Below, in pieces: positions 19,052-29,838 of a stretch of DNA of 64,000 nucleotides; position 1 is the first letter of the stretch; every line of letters starts with the position of its first letter. The notes under the pieces are model-generated. The model had not been told where the DNA came from. It ran no database searches and saw only the letters and a list, made by a program, of their open reading frames with translations. The stretch comes from Candidatus Omnitrophota bacterium (GTDB lineage: Bacteria > Omnitrophota > Gorgyraeia > B26-G9): NCBI GenBank assembly GCA_043805415.1, contig JAZDHZ010000027.1, forward strand, positions 71,542 to 135,541. The letters are read 5' to 3'. A program made the position numbers and the translations under genes.

Positions 19052-19203
19052 AAACAGCTCGGTTCTTTAATATTGCCCGTTAAAGTTATCTTTGTTATAA
19101 TGAATCACGAATTAAAGAACTTGCCGAAATGATGGGCGATGAAAAACAAAGCACTATCGCCATAAACCACGCCAGAGAAATGCTCGCTAAAGCCAGCGAA
19201 TAA
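19052..19203 (+). pseudogene. Degenerate recN remnant: recN promoter/start fused directly to the last ~30 codons of recN
   Basis: 19052-19102 matches 12518-12568 (recN -10 region and ATG context) with 4 mismatches in about 51 bp. 19113-19203 matches the recN 3' end 14147-14236 with 8 mismatches in about 90 bp, including the TAA. The ATG is out of frame with the 3' segment. Confidence 0.6.
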
Positions 19204-19233
19204 TCTTGTTTCCAAACCCGCATTGGAATATTA

Positions 19234-20022
19234 TTATTTAAGGATTCTTTTGCGCATCATAGCCATGCTGAAAAAAATACAGCCGATAGTCATAGCGGCA
19301 AGATAAAGCAAGTTAAAATAGTCAAGGCTGCAGGTATCACATAATGCCAGAGTGCGCAGTGACGAGACCAGACAGGTTAACGGCATGACTGCCGCCGTTT
19401 TCTGCGCCCATAACGGCAGCGAAGATATCGGGAAAAATACTCCGCCAAAAAGAAACATCGGAGTAACAAACAAAAATACCGGAAAATTAAACATTTCGAT
19501 ATTTTTCACTAAAGAGGTAAAACACATGCCTAAAGCGGAAAAGGCCATGCCCGCCAGAAAGGTGACTGGTACGCACACAATAGCCGCGCGCCAGGGGATC
19601 AAGCCCCAGATTACCACGATAACCAGCATTATCCCCGCGGCCATCACTGACTTTGTCGCTCCCCAAACTATCTCCCCAAGGATAACGTCCTCAAGCATCA
19701 AAGGCGTAGACAAGATTGCGTCATATGTCTTCTAAAAATACATTCTCACAAAAGAAGCGTATGTCGTCTCAAAAAATCCGTGATTCATGACCGCGGCAGC
19801 CACCAGCCCCGGTGCGATAAACTGCAGATAGGAAACCGCCCCAGCGCGGTAAGTAACTTCCGGGACCAGATTCCCCAGTCCCACCCCAAAAGCCAGCAGA
19901 TAAAGCAGCGGTTCTAAAAGCGGCGGGATAAAATTTACTTTCCAGGTCGCTTTATATACGTCAAAATTCCTCTGCCATATCCTTATCGCCCGCCAGCTTA
20001 TATTATGTAATATTGCCCTCAT
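19234..20022 (-). pseudogene. ABC-2 family transporter permease interrupted by an in-frame TAG
   Basis: Two tool ORFs (19732..20022 and 19234..19713) are in the same frame and are separated only by a TAG (plus strand cta at 19732-19734). The read-through translation ...FVRMYF*KTYDAILSTPLMLEDV... gives a single ~262-aa polytopic ABC-2 permease. Confidence 0.6.
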
Positions 20023-20070
20023 CAGGTCATTCCCTCAGTCCCCGGCCGGTAAGTTTCAAAAAAACATCTT

Positions 20071-20965
20071 CTAAGTTTGCCATGCGCAGCGCGCAGGAAC
20101 TTTCACCGAATTTTTTCGATATTTCAGGCCATAACAAATTTGTTTTATGCCCGTAAATAAAAAAATGGGTAAGGTTTTTTTCGTAATCCAGCCCCTTAGC
20201 CTTTCAATATTATTATCCACAGAACCTATTTCTATCACCAAAGAACCCATATATTTTTCAATTAACGCTTTGGGAGAGCCGCGGTCTATTATCTTCCCCT
20301 GATCCATAATAACCAGCCTGTCACAAAGATGCGATGCTTCATCCATATTGTGAGTAGTTATTAAGATAGTCGTCCCTTCTTTTTTTAATTCGTGAAGCCT
20401 TTCCCATATCTGATGCCTTGACTGCGGATCAAGCCCGGTTGTCGGCTCATCAAGAATAAGCAGCCGCGGCCTATTCACCAAAGAGCGCGCGATCATCAGG
20501 CGGCGTTTCATCCCGCCGGATAGTTCATCAATCCGCGCGTCTTTTTTTATGTAAAAGGCCCATAAACTCAAGCAGCTCCACATTGCGCAGATTAGCCGAT
20601 TCTCCGATTATATCAAAATACCGCGCAAAAAACCGCAGATTATCCAGCACTTTCAAGTCCGGGTCAAGATTATCTTCCTGCGGACAAACCCCAATATTCG
20701 TCTTAATAAAACGAGCAAACCGGTCCGTTCTCTTCCCAAACACTTCCAGCGTTCCGCCGCTGGGCTCAAGAAAACAGGAGATCATTCGTATTAAAGTCGT
20801 CTTCCCCGCTCCGTTAGGGCCTAAAAATCCCAAACATTCCTGAGAATTAACGGAAAAATCTATGCCGTTTACCGCTTTAAAGCCGCTGAAGGCTTTGCTT
20901 AGATCTTGAGCATTAACGATACTATTTTTTTGGGAATTCTCATCAGCCATCATTTTATCATCCAA
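20071..20965 (-). pseudogene. ABC transporter ATP-binding protein disrupted by a frameshift at an A7 homopolymer
   Basis: The N-terminal ORF (20528..20965) has Walker A GPNGAGKTT and a Q-loop. The C-terminal ORF (20071..20583, different frame) has the ABC signature LSGGMKRR, Walker [13 protein letters not shown] and the H-loop TTHNMDEA. The frames switch at the run aaaaaaa near 20546-20552. The C-terminal ~40 aa read as nonsense next to further A7/T7 runs. Confidence 0.6.
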
Positions 20966-21000
20966 AAAAAGGTTTACACCTATTTATCTTGGTTTTTAAT

Positions 21001-21440
21001 TTATTTTATTAACATATTCATTATTATTTGAATATTTGTTTCATCCGCGATATTTTTAACTGAAATAAGATTGCTTAAAAGACTAATTGTTTTTTGCAAT
21101 TCCAGGTATTTATAATCTGATGCCTTTAAGCGCTTTTCATTAATCGTATACCCATCAACTAAGTGCTTTTTTAATACATTGGTCGCCCAGATACAAAATT
21201 GAGTAGCCTGTGTGGAATTCACACGGTAACCAACAGAAATAATAGCATCCAAATTGTAAAATTTAGTCTTATAAATTTTGCCATCACCGGCAGTATGTTC
21301 CAAACAATTTTGCAATATGAGCCTGCGTCAGCCAAACTGTCTCTTTCTCCAGCCGGACTTCGACTTTATTTTTATAAACCACAACCTGCCCTTTAGATAT
21401 TTCTTGTGATTTCACAACTTAAACTCCTTAGATAAAATTA
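21001..21440 (-). pseudogene. Truncated and frameshifted RhuM-family protein gene
   Basis: ORF 21001..21315 carries the RhuM core (YNLDAIISVGYRVNSTQATQFCIWATNVLKKHLVDGYTINEKRL). The RhuM N-terminus (VVYKNKVEVRLEKETVWLTQAHIAKLF) is encoded in another frame at about 21330-21440. The C-terminal half of the family is missing. Confidence 0.5.
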
Positions 21441-21503
21441 TATCTATTTTAAACAGTGTTTCGGCCGCATTATTCCTCCTTTGTTTTTCTTCTCTCCGCA
21501 TAA

Positions 21504-21791
21504 TCAGCATACAGTATATGTATGTAATTTAAGAGCCGCTGCTGCTTCATCAACAGTAGCGTAGTAATTTTTGCGGCTTTCACAATGCTGCGGTTTAATA
21601 TGATTCTTTCCGGTATTAACATTCATTTGAGCAGGTGGTTCAATCCGAATATCCATATCTTCAGAAAAACGATGAATTATTCCATACCCTTTAGAAAGCG
21701 ATGTGCCGCCTTTTAACTCAAATTGAAATTCATTTTGCTGCAACCCATATAATACACGCATTATCCAATAATCCTTTTCCACTTCTTCCAC
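21504..21791 (-). pseudogene. N-terminal fragment of an AbiEii/DUF1814-type nucleotidyltransferase (abortive-infection toxin family)
   Basis: 95 aa. Segment ELKGGTSLSKGYGIIHRFSEDMDIRIEP matches the nucleotidyltransferase motif (hGGTAL...RhSEDlDh) of AbiEii-family proteins, which are usually ~300 aa. It abuts katG and has no AbiEi partner. Confidence 0.45.
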
Positions 21792-23987
<2,196 letters not shown>

Positions 23988-23998
23988 TTACCCCCTTC

Positions 23999-24436
23999 TT
24001 ATTTTTTTCTTTTGCATTTATCACATATATGCTCTAAAACTACCCTTTTCCCTAGCACTTTGTATTTATTATTTATGCTCTTAGGAATTTTTAATTCATC
24101 AAAATCCTTGTTTTCAAAATCAATGATCCTCCCGCACTTTATACAATTGAGATGGTGATGATTTTCTGTATCAGGATCAAATCTTTTCTGGCGGTTATAG
24201 CTTTCTGCTATTTTAATAATACCGATATCCGCATAGGACAATAATGTCCTGTTTACAGTATCAAATGAAATATTAAGAAACTTTATTTTTACCTTTTTAT
24301 AAATATCATCAGCAGAAGGATGCGTCAGATCATCTTTTAATGCTTCATATATCGCTATCCTCTGCGGAGTAATCCTCAAATTAAACTCTCTGCATTTTTC
24401 TTTTAAAAATTTGGTGAATTTTTTTGGTTTATTCAT
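23999..24436 (-). CDS. Fur-family metalloregulator, probably the peroxide sensor PerR
   Basis: 145 aa. DNA-binding helix (RITPQRIAIYEAL), an HHH metal-site motif and two CxxC pairs (CIKCGR..., CDKCK). It sits 14 bp upstream of katG on the same strand. Confidence 0.7.
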   Translation of the reverse strand: MNKPKKFTKFLKEKCREFNLRITPQRIAIYEALKDDLTHPSADDIYKKVKIKFLNISFDTVNRTLLSYADIGIIKIAESYNRQKRFDPDTENHHHLNCIKCGRIIDFENKDFDELKIPKSINNKYKVLGKRVVLEHICDKCKRKK

Positions 24437-24477
24437 AATAATTACTATATAGTATTTACTCCTATTTGTAAATGTTT

Positions 24478-24530
24478 TTAAAAAATAAAAACCGCCAGGT
24501 TTCTCCTTCCTTGGCGGTTTAAGTCTTATT
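24478..24530 (-). terminator. Rho-independent terminator downstream of tRNA-Gln/gltX
   Basis: On the minus strand there is a GC-rich hairpin (AAACCGCCAAGG-loop-CCTGGCGGTTT) directly followed by TTTTTATTTTTT. Confidence 0.45.
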
Positions 24531-24708
24531 TTAATTTTACTCTTTTAAGAGCTTATTGGCAACAGAAAAAAATTATCGCATAGCCTCAACCAGTATATAT
24601 TCAACTTTTTCTTTTCTATGGCGTATCTCCCCAAAAATTGTACCGCTTGAAATGATAGGTTAAGCAGGCAAAATAAAAAACCCCCTGTATAGCAGGAGGT
24701 TTTTATTT

Positions 24709-24784
24709 TGGCTGCCCCGCATGGACTTGAACCATGAACAAATGATCCAGAATCATCCGTGTTGCCAATTACACCACGGGGCAG
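24709..24784 (-). tRNA. tRNA-Gln (anticodon CTG)
   Basis: Reverse complement reads CTGCCCCGTGGTGTAATTGGCAACACGGATGATTCTGGATCATTTGTTCATGGTTCAAGTCCATGCGGGGCAGCCA. It has a 7-bp acceptor stem, a 5-bp anticodon stem with loop TTCTGGA, a GTTCAAGTC T-arm and an encoded CCA. It lies next to gltX. Confidence 0.75.
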
Positions 24785-24825
24785 TAAATTTAATTATCAA
24801 ATCATACCAGAGTTAACTGAATTTG

Positions 24826-26133
24826 TCAAATATCGAATTCTTTTGCTTTTAGTTTATTTATTACTTTTAAAAGCCTGGCTATTGATTTTTCTTTGCCTAA
24901 AAATTCAATCACTTCAAATATCCCCGCGCTAACACTTCCTCCGGTTAAAGCCACCCGCACAGGATGGATCATGTCTCCGGCATTAATTCCCAAGGAATTA
25001 ACTAAAGAGCGGACATTTGCTTCTATTTGCTGTTTATCAAAAGGATTGCTTTTTTCTAAAGCCTGAGTGAATTTTTCCAGATAATCACAGGCATTATCAA
25101 TCTTTAAAAATTTATCCACTGCTTCCTGGTCATATTCTATTTCATCAGTAAAGAAAAAACCGGCTAATTTAGGGAAATGTTCTAAAGTCGGCAGCCGCGT
25201 TTTATACAGATCAATCAAGCCAGTCAGCCATTTTTTATCATAAGTATCTGAGATATAACCCTTTTCCCTTAAACTGGGAATAATCATTTCTGTCAGTTTA
25301 TCAATATCCATTTCTTTGATATATTGGCCATTGACCCAGCTTAAACGGATCATATCAAAAATTGCCGCTGTTTTATTAACCCGTTTCAGGGAAAATTCTT
25401 TAACCAGAGTTTTTAAGCTGAACATTTCTTTATCATTACCTGGATTCCAGCCAAGCAAGGCAAGATAATTCACCAAAGCTTCCGGCAAATAGCCTTGCTT
25501 GCGGTATTCACTGATCGCGGTTGCGCCATGGCGTTTAGACATGCGCGAGCCGTCTTCTCCATGGATCATCGGGATATGGACAAATTTCGGCAGCTTAAAA
25601 CCCAGAGCTTCATAAAGCATTATCTGCTTAGGCGTATTGGCAATATGATCATCTCCCCGGATAATATGGGTCATTTCCATTAAAGCATCATCAACCACAC
25701 AGCAGAAATTATAAGCCGGGCTTCCGTCAGATTTCATCAGTACTTGATCTTTTAATTGCTCAGTACCAATCGTAATTTCACCGCGCAAAACATCAAAGAA
25801 CTTTATCTGCGTATTTTCCGGAATGCGATAAATAATCGCCTCGCCGTCTTTATAGGCTTTGCCGCAATCAAGCAGTTTTTTAGCATGCTCCTGATAAATA
25901 GCAAAGCGCTCGCTTTGATAATATAATTCATCCCAATCCAGTCCCAGCCATTTCAGACTGTCGAGAATTTCATCAAGATATCTTTTTTCCGAACGCACCT
26001 GATCAGTATCTTCGATCCGCAGGATAAATTTTCCATTTGTTGATCTCGCGTAAAGCCAGTTAAACAAACATGTCCGGGCACCACCAATATGCAAAAAACC
26101 AGTCGGCGACGGAGCAAAACGCACTACAGGCAT
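24826..26133 (-). CDS. gltX: Glutamate--tRNA ligase
   Basis: 435 aa. Class I motifs RFAPSPTGFLHIGGART (HIGH region) and KMSKR. Catalytic-domain similarity to GluRS. Confidence 0.8.
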   Translation of the reverse strand: MPVVRFAPSPTGFLHIGGARTCLFNWLYARSTNGKFILRIEDTDQVRSEKRYLDEILDSLKWLGLDWDELYYQSERFAIYQEHAKKLLDCGKAYKDGEAIIYRIPENTQIKFFDVLRGEITIGTEQLKDQVLMKSDGSPAYNFCCVVDDALMEMTHIIRGDDHIANTPKQIMLYEALGFKLPKFVHIPMIHGEDGSRMSKRHGATAISEYRKQGYLPEALVNYLALLGWNPGNDKEMFSLKTLVKEFSLKRVNKTAAIFDMIRLSWVNGQYIKEMDIDKLTEMIIPSLREKGYISDTYDKKWLTGLIDLYKTRLPTLEHFPKLAGFFFTDEIEYDQEAVDKFLKIDNACDYLEKFTQALEKSNPFDKQQIEANVRSLVNSLGINAGDMIHPVRVALTGGSVSAGIFEVIEFLGKEKSIARLLKVINKLKAKEFDI

Positions 26134-26240
26134 AATTTATAATCCTTGTTTAGAGTTATGAGTTACGAATTATGAGTGACAAATTACTAATTATGAATCA
26201 ACAAATTCTCTTTTAGCAACCACTTATAATTAATCATTGT

Positions 26241-28130
26241 TTACTTTATTATCAATGCATGATAAAACTGTTTCACAGAATCAGCAATCCCTTGTGCATT
26301 TAATCCGCACTGGCTAAGCAATTGATCGCGTTTGCCATGCTTTAAAAATTTATCCGGCAGCCCCAGTATTTTTATATGGCAATGTTCAGTTAAGTTATTT
26401 TGGATAAATTCCGATACAGCGCTGCCGAATCCGCCGCTAATCACTCCGTCTTCCACTGTAATTATCGCTTTAAACTCACTAGCTTTTTGTCTGATCAGTT
26501 CCTCATCTAAAGGTTTTGCAAAACGCGCATCAACTACTTCCGCGTAAATATCCTGCTCCTCGAGGATTTTAGCTGCCTCAAATGCCGGCGCAACCATGCT
26601 GCCCAAAGCAAAAATCGAAACATCTTTGCCTTCGCGAATAATCCGGGACTTACCCAGGGGAATTAATGAATTACTGGCTTTAATGCCCATATCCGGCACG
26701 CAATCTTTAGGATAACGAATAGCGCATGGCGGTTTTAAAGCCATGGCTAAAGTCAATAAACGTTCAAACTCATCTTTATCCGATGGAGCCATAACCACCA
26801 TATTCGGAATAAGCCGCAGATAAGCAATATCAAAAACTCCATTATGCGTTGGTCCGTCATCAGGAACAATCCCGGCCCGGTCAATGGCAAATACTACCGG
26901 CAGTTTCTGCAAGCAAACATCATGGATAATCTGATCAAAGCTTCTTTGGAGAAAAGTCGAATAAATCGCCACTACTGGTTTATAACCGCCCCGGGCAAGC
27001 CCGGCAGCAAATCCAACCGCGTGCTCTTCGGCAATGCCGGTATCAAAAAAACGGTGCGGATATTTTTCGCCAAAAGCCTCAAATCCAGTGCCGCCTGGCA
27101 TAGCCGCGGTAATTGCCACTATTTTTTCATTTTTCGCCCCAAGCTCCAGCATTTTTTCCTGAAAAACTTCGGTATACGATTGTCCGCTAGACTTTTTCAT
27201 TATCCCCGAACAAATTTCAAATTTTCCCGCGCTGTGAAATTTTGACGGAGCATTTTCCGCGTGTTCATAGCCTTTACCTTTTTTGGTCAATAAATGAATA
27301 AGCACTGGTTCATTCAAATTAGAAGCATTTTTAAACATTTCAATCATGGCCGGAATATCCTGGCCATCAATCGGTCCAAAATATCTAAAGCCTAATTCTT
27401 CAAACCATAAACCCGGTACCAGCATTTTAATTAAACCCATTTCCAGCTGTTTGGCAGCGCGCAAAGTCCGGAAGCCAAACCAAGGAATTCTTTTTAACAG
27501 TTTTTCCACATCATTGCGAATCCGGTTATAGACAGGGCTGCTGACTATTCGGTTTAAATAACTGCTCAGCGCCCCGATACTGGGAGAAATACTATGTTCA
27601 TTATCATTTAAAATAACCATTAATTTTTTATTCAAATGCCCGGTATGATTCAATGCTTCAAAAGCCATGCCATTAGCCAGTGATGCGTCACCGATAACCG
27701 CGGCTATTTTATTATCATCCATATGGGTTAGGTCCCTGGCACAAGCCAGTCCCAGTGCCCAGGAAATAGATGTTGAACTGTGTCCGACTGTAAAATAATC
27801 ATAAGCCGGATTCTCATCAATATCCGGAAAACCGCTCAAACCGCCTGGCTGTCTTAAAGTCGCGAAATCATTTTTCCGTCCGGTAAGGATCTTATGCGTA
27901 TAAGCCTGATGCCCGACATCCCAAAGAATAACATCCTTGGGCATATCTAAACAATAATGCAAAGCAATGGTCAGCTCAATTGTTCCCAGATTACTGGCTA
28001 AATGCCCTCCGGTTTTGGCAACAGTATCAATTATTAAATGGCGGATTTCAACAGCCAGGGCCTGCAGTTCTTTAAGTGAAAGTTTTTTAAGATCATGCGG
28101 CCGATAGATCTTGTCTAATATCTTTTCCAT
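26241..28130 (-). CDS. dxs: 1-deoxy-D-xylulose-5-phosphate synthase
   Basis: 629 aa. TPP-binding motifs (GHSSTSISWALGLA; GDASLANGMAFEALN) and a transketolase-like C-terminal domain. Confidence 0.9.
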   Translation of the reverse strand: MEKILDKIYRPHDLKKLSLKELQALAVEIRHLIIDTVAKTGGHLASNLGTIELTIALHYCLDMPKDVILWDVGHQAYTHKILTGRKNDFATLRQPGGLSGFPDIDENPAYDYFTVGHSSTSISWALGLACARDLTHMDDNKIAAVIGDASLANGMAFEALNHTGHLNKKLMVILNDNEHSISPSIGALSSYLNRIVSSPVYNRIRNDVEKLLKRIPWFGFRTLRAAKQLEMGLIKMLVPGLWFEELGFRYFGPIDGQDIPAMIEMFKNASNLNEPVLIHLLTKKGKGYEHAENAPSKFHSAGKFEICSGIMKKSSGQSYTEVFQEKMLELGAKNEKIVAITAAMPGGTGFEAFGEKYPHRFFDTGIAEEHAVGFAAGLARGGYKPVVAIYSTFLQRSFDQIIHDVCLQKLPVVFAIDRAGIVPDDGPTHNGVFDIAYLRLIPNMVVMAPSDKDEFERLLTLAMALKPPCAIRYPKDCVPDMGIKASNSLIPLGKSRIIREGKDVSIFALGSMVAPAFEAAKILEEQDIYAEVVDARFAKPLDEELIRQKASEFKAIITVEDGVISGGFGSAVSEFIQNNLTEHCHIKILGLPDKFLKHGKRDQLLSQCGLNAQGIADSVKQFYHALIIK

Positions 28131-28147
28131 AAATATATTCCTTGGTT

Positions 28148-28387
28148 TTATTCGCCAGCTAATCCCTGTTCATCAAAACTTTTTAACTCTAGGGTTTTCC
28201 CATCTTTTTTAACCAAAACATCAACTTTTTTCTTAGCTTCTTGGAGTTTTTTATTGCAAATCGCGATTAATTTCATTCCCTCTTCATAGTTTTTAAGCGA
28301 AGCATCTAAAGATATATCCTCCGATTCCAGATCTTCAGCAATTTTTTCCAGACTTTTTAATGCCTGTTCAAACGAAAGCTCTTTCAT
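28148..28387 (-). CDS. xseB: Exodeoxyribonuclease VII small subunit
   Basis: 79 aa. SFEQALKSLEKIAEDLESEDISLDASLKNYEEG is typical of XseB. It overlaps the xseA stop by 4 nt. Confidence 0.8.
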   Translation of the reverse strand: MKELSFEQALKSLEKIAEDLESEDISLDASLKNYEEGMKLIAICNKKLQEAKKKVDVLVKKDGKTLELKSFDEQGLAGE

Positions 28388-29661
28388 TGTTCACATTCCT
28401 CCACTTGACTTATAATAACACCTTTGTCTAATTTTGTCTCTATCATATCTCCTTTTTTTAAACCCTTAATAGTTTTGAGCGCTTTTTTTTCAAAACGCAA
28501 ATAAGTAACGCTATATCCTCTGGATAATATGGCCAAGGGGTTAAGATTAATCAGCCTGGCGCTGATCTGAGCTAAATGAGATTGTTTAGTCTTCAATAAT
28601 CTAATAATCCCTGTATCCAGGCTGGGCAAAGCATTAAACTGAGCTGTTTTACTATCCAGAACATTTAAAACCCCGGTTTTAAGCCTTTTATCAAAACCAT
28701 CTAAATACTGCTGATATTGTTCCACAATCACCTGCGGCCTGCGCAAAGCATAACTTTTAAGCAAATGGCTAAACCGCATATGGGCTAATTTTAGCCTTTG
28801 TACAATCGACTCAGTTAATCGCTTGGCCATAGACTCAACCGCCAAAACTAATTGTTCTTTTTCCTGAACAACTAATTCCGCGGCAGCTGATGGCGTAGGC
28901 GCTCTGAGATCAGCGACAAAGTCGCAAATCGTAAAATCAATTTCATGTCCAACCGCAGAGATTATCGGAATTCGGGAATTATATACTGCCCGGGCCACTG
29001 GCTCTTCATTAAACGCCCATAAATCTTCTAAACTTCCCCCGCCTCGGCCGACAATAATCACGTCAATATCTTTAATTAAATTTAATTCTTCAATTCCCTG
29101 GGCAATATCTAAAGCCGCGGTTTTACCCTGAACAAGGCAAGGCCGGATAATGATATGCACATTAGCATAACGCCGATTAATAACCTGGAGAATATCCCTT
29201 ATTGCCGCGCCGGTAGAGGATGTAACAATCCCGATTTTCTGGGGTAAAAACGGCATTGGACGCTTATGCGCGCTGTCAAACAAACCTTCTTGTTCCAGTT
29301 TTTTCTTTAACTGTTCATAAGCCAGCTGCAAAGAGCCTTTGCCCAATGGTTCTACTGTATTAACATAAAGCTGATACTGACCGCTTTGATCATATAAACT
29401 AATCCGGCCTGAGCAGACACATTCCATACCCTCTTCCAGCTTAAAATTAAGCCGGCTGCTGGCGTTTTTAAAAAAAACACATTTCAGCTGGGCCTTTTCA
29501 TCTTTTAAGGTAAAATACATATGCCCGGATTGAGGAGTCCTAAGAGTAGAAACTTCGCCTTTTATCCAAACCTGAGGAAAACTATCTTCTAAAATCTCGC
29601 GGATATTGCGGGTTAGTTCTGCTACTGTATAAATTGTCTTTTCTTTAAATAAATCATTCAT
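28384..29661 (-). CDS. xseA: Exodeoxyribonuclease VII large subunit
   Basis: N-terminal OB fold (YTVAELTRNIREILEDSFPQVWIKGEVS) and a catalytic core. Start chosen at ATG 29661 (MNDLFKEK...) rather than the tool's TTG at 29685, which lies inside a GC palindrome. Confidence 0.85.
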   Translation of the reverse strand: MNDLFKEKTIYTVAELTRNIREILEDSFPQVWIKGEVSTLRTPQSGHMYFTLKDEKAQLKCVFFKNASSRLNFKLEEGMECVCSGRISLYDQSGQYQLYVNTVEPLGKGSLQLAYEQLKKKLEQEGLFDSAHKRPMPFLPQKIGIVTSSTGAAIRDILQVINRRYANVHIIIRPCLVQGKTAALDIAQGIEELNLIKDIDVIIVGRGGGSLEDLWAFNEEPVARAVYNSRIPIISAVGHEIDFTICDFVADLRAPTPSAAAELVVQEKEQLVLAVESMAKRLTESIVQRLKLAHMRFSHLLKSYALRRPQVIVEQYQQYLDGFDKRLKTGVLNVLDSKTAQFNALPSLDTGIIRLLKTKQSHLAQISARLINLNPLAILSRGYSVTYLRFEKKALKTIKGLKKGDMIETKLDKGVIISQVEECEQ

Positions 29662-29838
29662 AAATAACAGATTACGTAGGGGCAAGGCATGCCTTGCCTG
29701 TTACTCCCGATAATAATTAATATTATGTTCATCCAAATTCTATATTCCGCAAATTATTTTATTATAAAATGCCTATTTACAATTAAATTTACTATTTTTT
29801 CGTTTCATTAGAGGACAGGGCCTGCCCTGTCCCTACAA

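Noticed and set aside
19732-19734. Genome-wide stop-codon reassignment (TAG sense codon)
   Set aside because: Only one conserved gene in 64 kb needs TAG read-through. Its neighbour is frameshifted and adjacent genes are fragments. A local pseudogene is the simpler explanation.
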